A stretch of DNA of 64,000 nt from Paragordius varius (GCA_964247055.1 OZ176058.1:868001-932000); one strand, 5' to 3'. Positions 37,710-50,008 are shown, counted from the stretch's first letter. The notes: generated from the sequence alone by a model not told the origin. Program-made: numbers and translations.

Positions 37710-40700
37710 ATTTTTTTTTTTGTTAGGTCCATATGTTCAAGATGGAGAAGGGTCGTACCCACTTTATCTTGATAGTATAGATCCTTCATTTAACCTATTT
37801 ATTCAATCTTTGCTAAGTGCCGACGGCATTTTATCTCCCTTTATCCTTTATTATCTTCCTAATTATCCATTAATTTTGTTATTAGTTTATCCTTGTTTTT
37901 TTTTTTTTTTTTTTTTTTTCGTATTATTTTATCTATTAAACTATTTACTTTTTTTTTTATATTAAATCCTCTCATAATTGTGTTGCTATTTTGGACTCCT
38001 ATGAATTCTCCGAAAATATCAAATATTCTAAAAATTGGGAATCTAAATCTACAGGGATACTCCCTATCAAAATTTAGACTTCTCCAGTTAGCCATGAAAA
38101 ACCACACTATTCCAATTATCGGATTATCGGAAACCCATATAATGAACAATGGATATATAATCGATAACAACTATATATTATATTATTCCGGCCATTCCAA
38201 TCTCAGAAGATACGGTACAGGCATCATTATTCATAAATCTTTTGCTTTATTCGCTGACGAGCCCAATTTTATTAACGATAGAATCATTAAAATTACATTC
38301 AATACACATCCATTGAAACTTAATTTGATCCAAGCTTATGCTCCTACTAGCAATTCCTCCGAGGAAGATATAGAACATTTTTACACTCAGCTTCATAACA
38401 CAGTCATAAGCTGCAATAAAAACGAAATAATAATAATATCTGGAGATCTTAACGCTACCCTAGGTTCTGAGGTCGAACGCAATGTCACTGGTGGCTTTGG
38501 TCTTGGGAAAAGAAATCTTCGTGGTGATAAACTAATTGAATTTTGTGTAGACCACAAACTTGCCATTACCAATACCTTTTTTGATATTCCCCTCAGAAGA
38601 AGATATACGTGGGTTTCCCCAAAAAATACCCGTTCACAAATTGACTTTATCCTCATCCAACAAAAATGGCTCAAATTCATTATAGGAGCGAAAACTTTCC
38701 CAGGAGTCGTAATAGGCTCCGATCATCAACTTCTTGCTATTAAACTTAAATTTAAGTTAGGAACTAAATTACCGCACAATAAAACTAAAAACCGCTTCGA
38801 CTTTTCCAATGTTACAAGTGAATTTATACTCAAACTGAATACTTCCCTAAGTAATATCAACACTAATAATCTGAACGTAAACAACCATTGGCATCAGACC
38901 TTGACTGCCATCAACGAACTAATACCCAAGCACTTTCCACTTCAACAAAAACATCCTAATAATCCATGTCTTTCAAATGAATCCATTGTCTTGGCCAATA
39001 AACGCAGATTGGCTAAAATAAACAACAACATTACTGATTACCGCACATTAAATACTCAATTCAAGATACAATCCAAGATTGATATCAATCTTCACTACCT
39101 AGCTATTTGCAAAGAATTAGAACTGGCTCACGCCAAAGGCCAGAACATATACCAAAAACTACATTTACTTGTTCCTCACAACTCCAAAAATCTGGGGAAC
39201 ATAAGCAACACGGATAATGTAATATTAACAAATAAAAAGGTAATTATCAAACGTTGGGAAGAATTCGGTACTTCTCTTTATCATGTCGACTCTAGTCCTC
39301 ATTCATCCATTAGCACATTCCTTAAAGTTTCAGAACTAGATCCCCCAATTTTACCTGATGAAGTTCAATACGCCTTAAAACAATTTTCATCCTCCAACTC
39401 CTTAGGTTACAATGATATTCCAATAAAAATTCTTCACACAATCCCCCTCTATTTCTTAACTGATCTTTTACAAAAAGTGTTTCAAACCTGTATTTGGCCG
39501 GATGATTGGACCAAATCTTTTCTCCTACCCTTTTTTAAAAAGGGAAATCCCCATCTTTGTCAGAACTATAGAATGATCGCTATCACTAATAAACTATCCA
39601 AACTTCTTCTCAAGATTATACTGAAAAGAATCTCATCCTCGTTGGACTATGAAATATCCGAGGTGCAGGCTGGCTTTAGAGCAAAGAGAAACACTACCAA
39701 TCATATAGTTAATCTTAATACAATAATTCGAAGAAACAATGAATTTGGGAAAAGTCTATATTGCTGCTTTTTAGACTTCAGTATGGCATTTGATACAGTC
39801 AACCACGACTGCCTATGAAGAATATTACGATCCTCAGGAGTGTCCTCGCACATAATACTCCTACTTCAATCGCTGTATTCAGGACAAACAGCTGCCATTA
39901 AAACTCAATTCGGTCCCACCGACTGGTTTCCTATTCTCAGAGGTGTGAGACAAGGATGTGTCCTTTCTCCCCTCTTATTTAACTTATACACAGAAACATT
40001 AATACGCAATTGTAACTTTCCACAACATATTGGGGCACGGATCGGTGGTCTTACTATTTGCAATCTCCGGTACGCCGATGACACCATTCTCTTGTCAGAA
40101 TCCCACACGGACATGACCTATCTTTTAAATAATCTTACCATTGAAGCAAGTTTGATGGGTCTTAAGCTGAACCCAGCTAAATCTAAAATTATGATCCTAA
40201 ACGCACCAAAACTACCATTTACAATCAACAACTCCCCCATCGAACTAACCGATCACTGTAAATACCTAGGCTCCATAATTGCATCCGACGGTAGCTCGGA
40301 CCCCGACATACGAGCACGACTAGCATTGGGACGTGCTACTATGGGTAAACTGTCCAAAGTTTGGAACTCATCGGTCATAAGTATCCCAACTAAACTTGCC
40401 ATCCTGAAGGCGATGATATACCCCGTGGCAATCTATGGGTCCGAATCATGGATATGCAATTCCATTGACAAAGCCCGCATAAACTCTTTTCAAATGTGGT
40501 GCTTTCGAAAAATATTGAGAATCTCCTGGAAAGCCCACATCTCCAATTCTTACATACTCAAATTCATTAAACCCGAATTTTTACTTTACGATTTAATAAC
40601 CTTTAAACAGCTAAAATATCTGGGTCACATCCTGCGATCCGACTCGCTAGAAAAAATCATACTCTTTGGGTTGGTAGATGGCACCCGCAGAAGGGGCCGA

Positions 40701-40848
40701 CCCAAAAAGCGGTGGATCGATGTGCTCAAATCAATAACAAATCTAACCTTTCATCAACTGTTGAGAGTAACACAGGATCGCCTAAAATGGAGAACACTAA
40801 TCTATGAGAAAGCCAGAGTCAGTATATGACTAGCTTATAACAACAACA
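37710..40848 (+). mobile_element. RTE-clade non-LTR retrotransposon, nearly full length
   Basis: Single APE plus RT ORF, C-terminal RRRGRPKKRWID motif typical of RTE, and a short (CAA)n tail just after the stop. Inserted inside a TACCATTT MITE; no TSD seen. Confidence 0.9.
38001..40829 (+). pseudogene. RTE endonuclease/reverse transcriptase ORF with one in-frame TGA at 39816-39818
   Basis: APE motifs GLSETH, QAYAPT, SGDLNA, YTWVSP, QIDFIL, GSDH. RT motifs QAGFR, FLDFSMAFDTV, GVRQGCVLSPLLFN, RYADD. The two tracked ORFs (to 39818 and from 39840) share a frame and read DCL*RILRSSGV; W is expected at the stop. Confidence 0.9.
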
Positions 40849-41065
40849 TAAAATATATTTTTATGGCATAATTTATTTTTTTTCAATATTATTCTAATTT
40901 AAAACAAAATTATATTTTTTAAAAATATATTAAAATATAGGTAATTTTTAGTCTTAAAAATTATGTTATTTATTTGAGGGTAAATTTGAATTGTTCGAGG
41001 GTGAATATGAATCGTTCAAAGGTGAATTTGAATTGTTTAAGGGTGAATTTGAACCGTAAATGGTA

Positions 41066-41095
41066 TATCATAAACAGCTGATATTCTTCCACTCC
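41066..41095 (-). pseudogene. 5' part of the same disrupted exon (ag|GG-SGRISAVYD)
   Basis: AG at 41097-41096. Removing 37642-41065 and one TA copy joins this piece in frame to 37639-37287, giving 126 codons plus stop. Confidence 0.6.
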
Positions 41096-44000
41096 CTATT
41101 AATTAATTTTATTATTTAAGTTTTTTTGTATTTTTCGATTTTCAGATTAGATTTTATTAATAATAACTTGTATTGAAAAAGGTTATTGGCACTTTTAACG
41201 CTATTTGTTATATTTTATAGAAAAAAATGCTTAGTTTAGTTTTTTGAATAAATAAAGCTATTTTTTTAATCTGTTTATAGATAAAAATAAATTTTTATTC
41301 AAAAAAAGTTCAATGAAGGTTATTTATAAAAAATTGTGAATTTTTGAAAATTGGAAAATTTAATTGTAATAATAATATAAAAAGAATTATCAAATGATAT
41401 CTTTTAATAGCTTAAATAAATCTTTTATTAAAAGTATGATAATTCATCAAATATATAATATATATATATATTAAAATTAATTGTATTATTTTTTATGTAG
41501 AAAAAAGGGGAATAATTGAATTACATATGAAAACAATCATATATAAAATAAATTAAAATGAAACCTGATATAATTTAATTATTAAAATTAATAATATACC
41601 ATTTACTCAAATTTTCTCATGAACAATTCAAATTCCCAAATTATATGTTTTTTAAGATTAAAAATTACATATATTTTTAATAAAATTTTGTTTTAAGTTA
41701 AAATAATACTGAAAATAATATCATAAAGATTTTTTATATTAATAATGAGTTTTATTTGTTCAAATACTCTTAATTTTTTTCAGGGTATTTGAATCGTAAA
41801 TGGTTCAATAAAAATTATTTAATTTTTTCTAGCATAAAATAATAAATTATATTTTATAAAATTAAAGTTTTTAAGGTAAATTTTTTATACAATTTTAATA
41901 ATATATTTTTGAATTTATTAAATATTTTAATTAAACTTTAAAAAAATAGTAAATATAATAAAGAATATAAAATTAATTTATAAAATTATTCAAAAAAAAT
42001 ATACATTTATTTATATTACATATATTACATCTTTTTTAAAATAAAAATATATAATAAATTTCCTATTTTTGGTTTAAATTATAATTTTACAAAAACATAT
42101 ACCTTGGGCATTTATTGTTATAATAGAAATTGTAGAATATATCAGAAATGAAATTAAAGTAATTTTCGGTAACATAGTTATTTTTTCTAAAATCAGATTT
42201 TAATTTTTAAATTATTAATAATAAATATTTTTAAATTTATTGATAAAATTAATGGTTATATAAAACACAACTAATAAAAATAAATGATTAGCTGTTTTTA
42301 TATTTACGTAATCACCTGATTTCAAAATTTAAATAATTTTTTTTAAACATTTATTTACTGCTAAATTTTTTTAATTTATTGTTAAATTTATAAAGTATGT
42401 AATTAATGTATATATATACCATTTATAATTTCAATACCTTGAACAATTTAAAATCACCCTTAAAATAAAGTGTGTTTTCGGGCAGCTAATATATCTCATC
42501 ACATTAATATAAAATATATTTTAATGGATCATAGTTTATTATTTAATATTTTAATTTAAACAAAAAATTTCCTTTTTTAGAAATATAAAAAATATAAGTA
42601 AATTTTAAATCTTTAAAAACACATGTGGTTTCATAATTGATTTATTTAATTTATAAAACTTATAGGTATTGGTGTGAAAATTCCATTAAAAAATTATTTT
42701 GAAAAAATATATATAATTATGGCCGTTTATCAATTAAATTTTGAATAGTTTTTATATATACAGTAAAAAAAATTTACAGACAAAACGTAATAGTATAAAG
42801 GCAATTTTTTTCAAACCTTAATTTATCCTATTAAAATCATTTAATAACTATCGTAAAACATGTAAGTTTTCCGATTTAACGTTAAATTTGATTTTTATAA
42901 CGTAGTATCCTTTTGGTTTGCAAAATAAGAAATTCACAAGTAAAATGGTAACACTCAGCAAATCTAAACATCGTTCTTGAAAACTCAAGGATCAAATAAT
43001 ATTTTAATATTATATAATTTTTATAAATTTATCGGATTTTTTTAAATGTATTGGATGTGTAAATTTATTATAACCCTACCATAAAAATATATAACTAGTT
43101 TATAATTTTGGACCCTTTTTTAAAATTACATTAACCAATAGTAAATTTAGTACTAAAAAGGTATTTATTATTGGTTTAAAATTATCTAATATTTTAGATT
43201 TTTAGCCGCAATAATATAACATTTTTTAAATCACAACGTGATATTTTCATTAGACATCATTTTTATAAATAACGTATATGCACATAGTTTTTCCACTGAA
43301 TTAAATTGTATAATTGAAAAGTTCTATGGGGTCAGGCCTGTTTAAAACTAAATACTTCAAAAAATATGAAATGAATTGAAACCATGGCAAAAGTTTAAAC
43401 TTATATAAAATAATGAACCTTAATTTAAAAAAATTCAATTAAAAATACTTGATATGCTTATTTTAATTAAGGTAAACCACACGGGTAAAAATTTATTCAA
43501 TATGACATATGTGCATAAGTTAAATTAAAAATAATATAAAATAAACCATTTTTTCTTTTTTTATCATGTTAGGTGTGATTTTAAATAATTTTAGCTTCGA
43601 AAAATAAACGATATTTTGAATATAAAATAAAAATGGTGTCGAAGTAGTTTGATATGAATATTTTATTAAAATTAAATTTTTATAAGATACTTTGGCTATT
43701 TATATACTTAGAGAAGCATAAATTTTAATTAAAACCGTTCCTTCCAGTAGTTTTTTAAAAATATCAACTTAAATATTGTGTGGGGTATTCAGATACCCCA
43801 ATTCGAATCAAAGTGTTAACAGAGAATATTTGGAAAAACAACGCAGGAATATATAAATATATTTTTCTTAAAAAAGCACACCTATTTAAATACAAAATTG
43901 CTTTCATTATATAATAGTTAATATGAAATAATTAGATGGCAGCTTTTTATTTTATTTAGATAAATATGTAAAATACTTACATTTAATATAATATATATAT

Positions 44001-44370
44001 ATATTAATAAACCATAAATAATTCTTTTACAGAAGTTAATTTAAAGATATTTTAATCGAAAATTAAATAATGTATTATATACTCGGCAAATTATCTCCTC
44101 TTACTTTGAACATTTCAAATTCACCTTAAACATTTCAAGTTACCTTGATAATTTTTGAAGAAATTCCTTTCTATAATTTAATTTAATAAATTTTGCCTAA
44201 TTAATATGTAAAAACCTAAAATATTCTTTAAGTAATAAATAAACTAACACCATACATCTATTTTTAAACCGGCGAGCGGTTTTAAACTAATTATGCCTGT
44301 CGGAATTTTAATATATGATAATTTAAAAATCAAATTTTTAGAAAAAAACTTGCTCTTTTCGATATTTAAC

Positions 44371-44923
44371 ACTTGGATACAACACATTAATTTTAGTCCT
44401 ACGATTCAAATTGGGGTATGGCCTGTTTAAAATTAAATTTTTTAAAAAATAGGGAAGGAATCGAAACCATGGCAAAATTTTGCACTTGTATAACATTAAT
44501 AAACCGCAATATATAAAAATTTTTTTCAAAAATACTTGTATCACTTATTTTAAGCTAAAACCGAAAGGTAATCTCTTAGTCAACGTGACATGTGTGCAAT
44601 GGTAAAATTAAAAAATTATACAAAATAAAGAGCTTTTTCTATTTCTATCAATGTTAGATGCAATTTAAATAAAAAATTAGCTATAATTTTACCCTTAAAA
44701 TTTAATGAAGACGATATTTTGCAAAATAAAAATGGCGTCGAAGTAGTTTGATATGAAACTTTTTTTTCATAACAAAATTTTTTGCAGATATTTTGGCATA
44801 TTTATGTGATTTTTATTAGAATCGAAGCATAAATTTAAATTGGGACCGTTTGCTTCAGTAGTTTTTTAAATATCCTAACTCAAATTTAGTCTGGGGTATT
44901 TAGATACCCCAATTTGAATCGTG
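44371..44923. mobile_element. MITE family C, TTAA-flanked CAC..GTG ends (piggyBac-like), representative copy
   Basis: TTAA|CACTT...GTG|TTAA, subterminal TTCGATTC(A/G)AATTGGGGT inverted motif. Related copies near 23270-23750, 31820-32400, 43300-43815, 50400-51060, 54230-54780. Absent from the paralogous site near 24300. Confidence 0.7.
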
Positions 44924-45494
44924 TTAATAGTGAAGCGCTGTTTAATGAAATTTTAGCAGCTTCCGATGCAAAATATTGTAATAATTTTTAACCAACCAAT
45001 TCAAAATTTTACCAATTCTAGCTTTCTTAAAGCTAAGTATTCCTTTTTTGGTGTCTCTATTCAATTTATTTTAAGATAATTTCGAAGTTATATCAAAAAT
45101 TTAGGAGGCAGAAAAAAAGTATAAAATCAAGTATTTCAATTAGCTTTAATTTTAAAACAATTGACAAGCTAACATCCAAAAAAATGTTTAAGCTATCACA
45201 CATAAAAAAAACTATAGAACCATTTTAGTCAAACCTATTTTTGACTAATGTGTAGATCACGGGTGTTCAACACATGGCCCTCCAAATTAGTCGCAGTCCG
45301 CGAGAATTTAATCATAATTACATGAAATCTAAGTAATATTGATTAAATTTTTGAAATAATTCTATCCAAATTTCGAGAATGAATATCAGTGTAAAAATTG
45401 TTAAAAAATAAGTATAATTGCTTTTCTTTTCCAATCTTATATGATTACAATCTAATGAAATATTTGTTCATGACTATATTTGCAAATGCGGTTT

Positions 45495-46625
45495 ACTAAA
45501 TCCCGTAGCTCTAATTTTAAAACAAAGGGACAGGCTAATATTGATAAAAAAATGTTTTAACATTTTAATTATCACACATTAGCGAACAAAATCTTTTCAA
45601 TAAAATATTAATATTTATATATTGTATATAATATTCACAAATTTTACATTTTTTAAAATTTTAATTTTTCCAGTTTATTATTTAAATCCCAATCTAGCTC
45701 CAATTTAAAAGTAGGGACAAGCTAAGATTGATAAAAAAAATGTTTTAACTTACTTTCACACATAAGCAGAAAAATCCTGTCAATAAAATATTTATATTCT
45801 ATATAATATTCACAAATTTACAATTTTCAAAATTTCAATTTTTTTCAAATTTATTATTTAAATCCCGATCTAGCTCTAATTTTAAAACAAAGGGACAAGC
45901 TAATATTGAAAAAAAGGATTTTAGCTATCACACACATAAGCAAAATCCTTTCCACAAAATATTTATATATATTTATATATTATATATAATATTCACAAAT
46001 TTTACATTTTTTAAAATTTTAATTTTTCCAGTTTATTATTTAAATCCCAATCTAACTCTAATTTTAAAACAAAGGGACATGCTAATATTGATAAAAAAAG
46101 GGTTTTAACTTTTTAAATATCACACATAAACATAAAAATCTTTTCAATAAAATATTTTTAATATTCACAAATTTACAATTTTCAAATTCAATTTTACAAT
46201 TAATTTTAATTTTTCCAGTTTATTATTTAAATCCAAATCTAGCTCTAATTTTAAAATAAAGGGACAGACTAATATTGATAAAAAAATGTTTTAACTTTTT
46301 AACTTTCACACATAAGCATAAAAATCCTTCCAATAAAATATTTATATATATTAATATATTGGATATAATATTCACAAATTTTACAATTTTCAAAATTTTA
46401 ATTTTTCCAGCTTATTATTTAAATCCCAATTTAGGTCCAATTTTAAAACAAAGGGACAGGCTAATATTGATAAAAAAGGGTTTTAACTTTTTAACTATCA
46501 CACATAAGCAAAAAAAATTTTTCAATAAAATATTTATAATATATATTTTGAATACAATATTAACGAATTTACAATTTTTAAAAAAATAAAATTTCAAAAT
46601 TTCAATTTTTCCAGTTTATTATTTA
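45495..46625. repeat. Tandem array (about 6 units of 175-200 bp) abutting the LSM2 stop codon
   Basis: Unit TTTTCCAGTTTATTATTTAAATCCCAATCTAGCTCTAATTTTAAAACAAAGGGACA repeated at about 45668, 45845, 46024, 46211, 46404 and 46608. Confidence 0.9.
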
Positions 46626-46759
46626 GCTGTTGCAGCCAAGTGCAAGTTTGCACTTTCTTTTCTGGTTGCATCTTGTAAAAGCGTAGTATCAACCTCATCA
46701 TAAGGTAGTTGGACATATCTAACCACAGAACCGCGGATAAAACAATTTTTGACTGATAA
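46619..46759 (-). CDS. LSM2: LSm2 terminal exon LSVKNCFIRGSVVRYVQLPYDEVDTTLLQDATRKESANLHLAATAK-stop
   Basis: AG at 46761-46760, 46 codons plus TAA. Contains the Sm2 motif IRGSVVRYV and the C-terminal DT.LLQDA.RKE segment of Lsm2. Confidence 0.96.
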   Translation of the reverse strand, partial: LSVKNCFIRGSVVRYVQLPYDEVDTTLLQDATRKESANLHLAATAK

Positions 46760-47105
46760 CTATAAACATTTCATGCAAATGAAGAAATTATTATGATTTT
46801 ATAGATAATATAAAATACAGGAAAAATTGAAATTATATATGGTCAAAAAACGCGAAAAATAAAATATTAATATTTATTTTACAAAAAGACAACCATATTT
46901 AAACCTTAAATTTTCTTATATATATATGTAAAAACAAATATTAATTGTATTTTTAAAAATGTTCAATAGTTTTTTGAAAGAAATATTTGTCTTTTTTACG
47001 TTCTGTCCGCGTAATTTCAATTTTTACTGATTTTTTTTGTTCGACATCATAAAAATAATAATTTATGGCAAATGATTTTGATTATTTGAATTTATATGAT
47101 TTAAA

Positions 47106-47165
47106 TTAAGGTAGCTGGACATATCTGACCACAGAACCACGGATAAAACAATTTTTGACTGATAA
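47106..47165 (-). pseudogene. Partial duplicate A of LSM2 last exon (LSVKNCFIRGSVVRYVQLP-stop); pseudo-exon or alternative terminal exon
   Basis: Intact tttatag acceptor, 19 codons plus TAA. Three differences from the real exon within the 19 codons, all synonymous. Confidence 0.85.
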
Positions 47166-47268
47166 CTATAAACATTTGATAAAAAAATGAAAAATTTATG
47201 ATTTTATAGTTAATATAAAGAAAAAATTGAATTATATATGGACAATACAGGCAAAAAATTAAAATTTA

Positions 47269-47591
47269 TACCATTTGCAGGTCAAATTCACGCTTAAACT
47301 ATTCAAATTCAACCTCGAACAATTCAAATTACCCCAAAAATAAATTATGTGTTTTCGAACTAATATAACTCATTATTAATATGAAATATATCTTTATGGC
47401 ATTATTTATTATTTTAGTATCATTTTTATATAAAACAAAATTTTTATTTTTTAAAAAATATATAATAGGTAATTTTTAGTCTTAAAAATCATATATATTA
47501 ATTGAGGGTGAATTGTATTGTTCGAGGGTGAATTGTATTGTTCGAGGGTAAATTTGAATTGTCCAAGGGTGAATTTAAATTGTAAATGGTA
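47269..47591. mobile_element. MITE family B (TACCATTT termini, 21-bp subterminal repeats GAACAATTCAAATTCACCCTY), representative copy
   Basis: Inverted arms of tandem 21-mers. Other copies near 7913-8156, 9416-9681, 19088-19386, 21804-22030, 41597-41785, 48001-48212, 48632-48950, 55295-55450, 56348-56648, 59130-59315, 62866-63121. Confidence 0.85.
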
Positions 47592-47827
47592 TTTTTTCAA
47601 ATGCAACCATACTTTTCCAAACCTTAAATTTATATATGCAGAAAAACAAAATTTAATTGTATTACTAATTTATTGTTAAATCAAGTTTAAAATGGTTCAA
47701 TAGTCTTTTAATAAAAATATTTGTCATGTTACGTTTTGTCCGCATAATTTAAATTTTTACTGATTTTTTTATAGAAATAGACGTTTATAGGAATTCATTT
47801 TCATTATTTGAGTTTATCTGATTTAAA

Positions 47828-47887
47828 TTAAGGTAATTGAACATATCTAACCACAAAACCACGGATAAAACAATTTTTGACTGATAA
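47828..47887 (-). pseudogene. Partial duplicate B of LSM2 last exon (LSVKNCFIRGFVVRYVQLP-stop)
   Basis: Intact acceptor and same stop position. Three synonymous changes and one nonsynonymous (S to F). Confidence 0.85.
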
Positions 47888-48460
47888 CTATAAACATTTC
47901 AGGCAAATGAAAAGTTTATTAAGTTTTTTTAGATAATAAATATCAGCAAAAATTTAAATTATATACGGGCAAAAAATGCAAAATTAAAATAATAATTTTA
48001 TACCATTTACAGGTCAACATCCTTGAACTATACAAATTCACCCTCGAACAATTTAAATTCACCCTTGAACAATTCAAATTCACCCTAAAAATAAATTATG
48101 TGTTTTCGAACTAATAGAACTCATTATTAATATAAAATATATGTTTATGGCATAATTAATTATTTTTTTCAGTATTATTTTAATCAAGGGTGAATCTAAA
48201 TTGTTAATGGTATATTATCAAAAGACAACCATAATTTTTTAAACCTTAAATTTTCTTATATACAAAATTTAAATAATTGTATTACTAATTTCTTTATACT
48301 CAAAATCAAGTTTAAAAAAGTTCAATAGTTTTTTGATAAAAATATTTGTCTTTTTACTCTTTTTCCGCATAATTTCAATTTTTACTGATTTTTTTTGTTC
48401 GACATCATAATAATAATTTATGGCAAATGATTTTGATTATTTGAATTTATCTGATTTAAA

Positions 48461-48520
48461 TTAAGCTAGCTGGACGTATCTAACCACAGAACCACGTATA
48501 AAACAATTCTTCACTGATAA
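48461..48520 (-). pseudogene. Partial duplicate C of LSM2 last exon (LSVKNCFIRGSVVRYVQLA-stop)
   Basis: Intact acceptor and same stop position. Six synonymous changes and one nonsynonymous (P to A). Confidence 0.85.
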
Positions 48521-49658
48521 CTATATAAACGTTTCATAAAAATGAGGGAATTTAAGATTTTAGGGATAATATAAAATATCAGCAAAAATTTAAATTATAC
48601 GGATAAAACGCAAAATAAAATAATAATTTTATACCATTTACAGGTCAACATCCTTGAACTATTCAAATTCCCCCTCGAACAATTTAAATTCAACTTTGAA
48701 CAATTCAAATTACCCCAAAAATAAATTACGTGTTTTCGAACTAATATAACTCATTATTACGAATATATCTTTATGGCATAGTTTATTATATTTTCAGTAT
48801 TATTTTAATATAATAAATTTTTATTTTTAAAAATATATAAAAATATAGGTAATTTTTAATCATAAAAAGCATATATATTTAATTGAGGGTGAATTCTATT
48901 GTTCGAGGGTGAATTTGAATTGTTCAAGGGTGAATTTAAATTGTAAATAATATATTTTCAAAATGCAACCATACTTTTTTAAACCAAAAACTTTCCTAAA
49001 TATATGCTTAACAAAATTTAAATAATTGTATTACTAATTTCTTTATACTCAAAATCAAGTTTAAAAAAGTTCAATAGTCTGTTGATGTAAATATTTGTCT
49101 TTTTTACGTTTTGTCCGCATAATTTATATTTTTACTGATTTTTTATGTTCGACATATTATAGAAATAATCAATTATGGAAAATAATTTTCATTCTCTGAA
49201 ATAGCAAACTGCGTTAAAACAATTTTGGGCTGATGACTTAAAATTTTAAAAAAAAATATTTTTTTATATGAAACTTTTAAAATTCATATGAACTACCTTG
49301 TATAGTGTGAATTTCTCTTAAAATTAAAATAATAATTATTTATAGTAAAAAAAATTATTACAGTAGGCTACATTTATGTAAAAATTAGGCATTTTTAAGC
49401 TATATTGGAGATATCTAATTAAAGCGCGGATTAAATTATTATGAATTGATAAAAAAAATTTATGGTCTTTAAATAGATAAATTCATTTTTTAGTTTTAGG
49501 TTTAATTGAAAACCACAAAACATTAACAATATTAACTGACAATATAAATATATGAAACTATAGTGAAACAATATCAAGAACTTATTACAAAAAACATAAA
49601 ACCCAAAATTACTTTCAGAAAGATAAAATTTATTTAATTAAAAAAAATATGTTTATAC

Positions 49659-49749
49659 CATATGTGGAAATTTTTCTGGATCAGTTACAGATATGTCAAC
49701 GAGCTTTATATTAAGGTATTGGTCTACGGAATGCAAAGTACCACAAATG
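49659..49749 (-). CDS. LSM2: LSm2 exon ICGTLHSVDQYLNIKLVDISVTDPEKFPHM
   Basis: 91 nt, AG at 49751-49750, GT at 49658-49657. Phases fit. Confidence 0.96.
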
Positions 49750-50008
49750 CTAAATAATTATATAGATATATGATAAAATAATTTTAGGATTAGTTTTAAA
49801 TATTGTAGCGATTATCATTTTTATGAAAACTATATCATTTAATTACTTATAAAGGACAAATAGAAAATTATATATTTTTATTTAAATTATAATATTCAAA
49901 AAAATGCTAATAAGTTTGTATGTAATTTTAAAATAGAACAAAACGGATTAAATTTATATTTTAAAATTTATTAGTTTATTGAAAAAGAAAAGAAATGTAT
50001 AAACATAC

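Larger units (their letters stand above)
37642..41065. mobile_element. TACCATTT MITE (family B) split by the RTE insertion
   Basis: Left arm 37642-37709, right arm about 40850-41065. Terminal TACCATTTAC/GTAAATGGTA, TA duplicated at 37640-37641 and 41066-41067. Confidence 0.85.

Noticed and set aside
37624-37965. 113-aa plus-strand hydrophobic ORF, possible RTE ORF1
   Set aside because: Built from MITE repeats and T-rich sequence, with no recognisable domain.
37859-40114. Minus-strand ORFs at 37859-38170, 38393-38680 and 39905-40114
   Set aside because: Antisense shadows of the RTE ORF.
42860-42985. Hydrophobic LLSVTILLVNFLFC stretch as a signal-peptide exon for the disrupted gene
   Set aside because: No in-frame ATG and no phase-1 donor in that frame, and it borders the duplicated block.
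44338-44544. Similar ORFs here and at 54638-54949 (MLYKCKILPWFRFLPYF)
   Set aside because: Shared because both lie in MITE family C copies; not a gene family.
45248-45305. CACGGGTGTTCAACACATGGCCC, similar to a hAT terminus
   Set aside because: A single end with no partner TIR or TSD.
46275-46597. ORFs in the LSM2 3' array
   Set aside because: Translations of satellite units.
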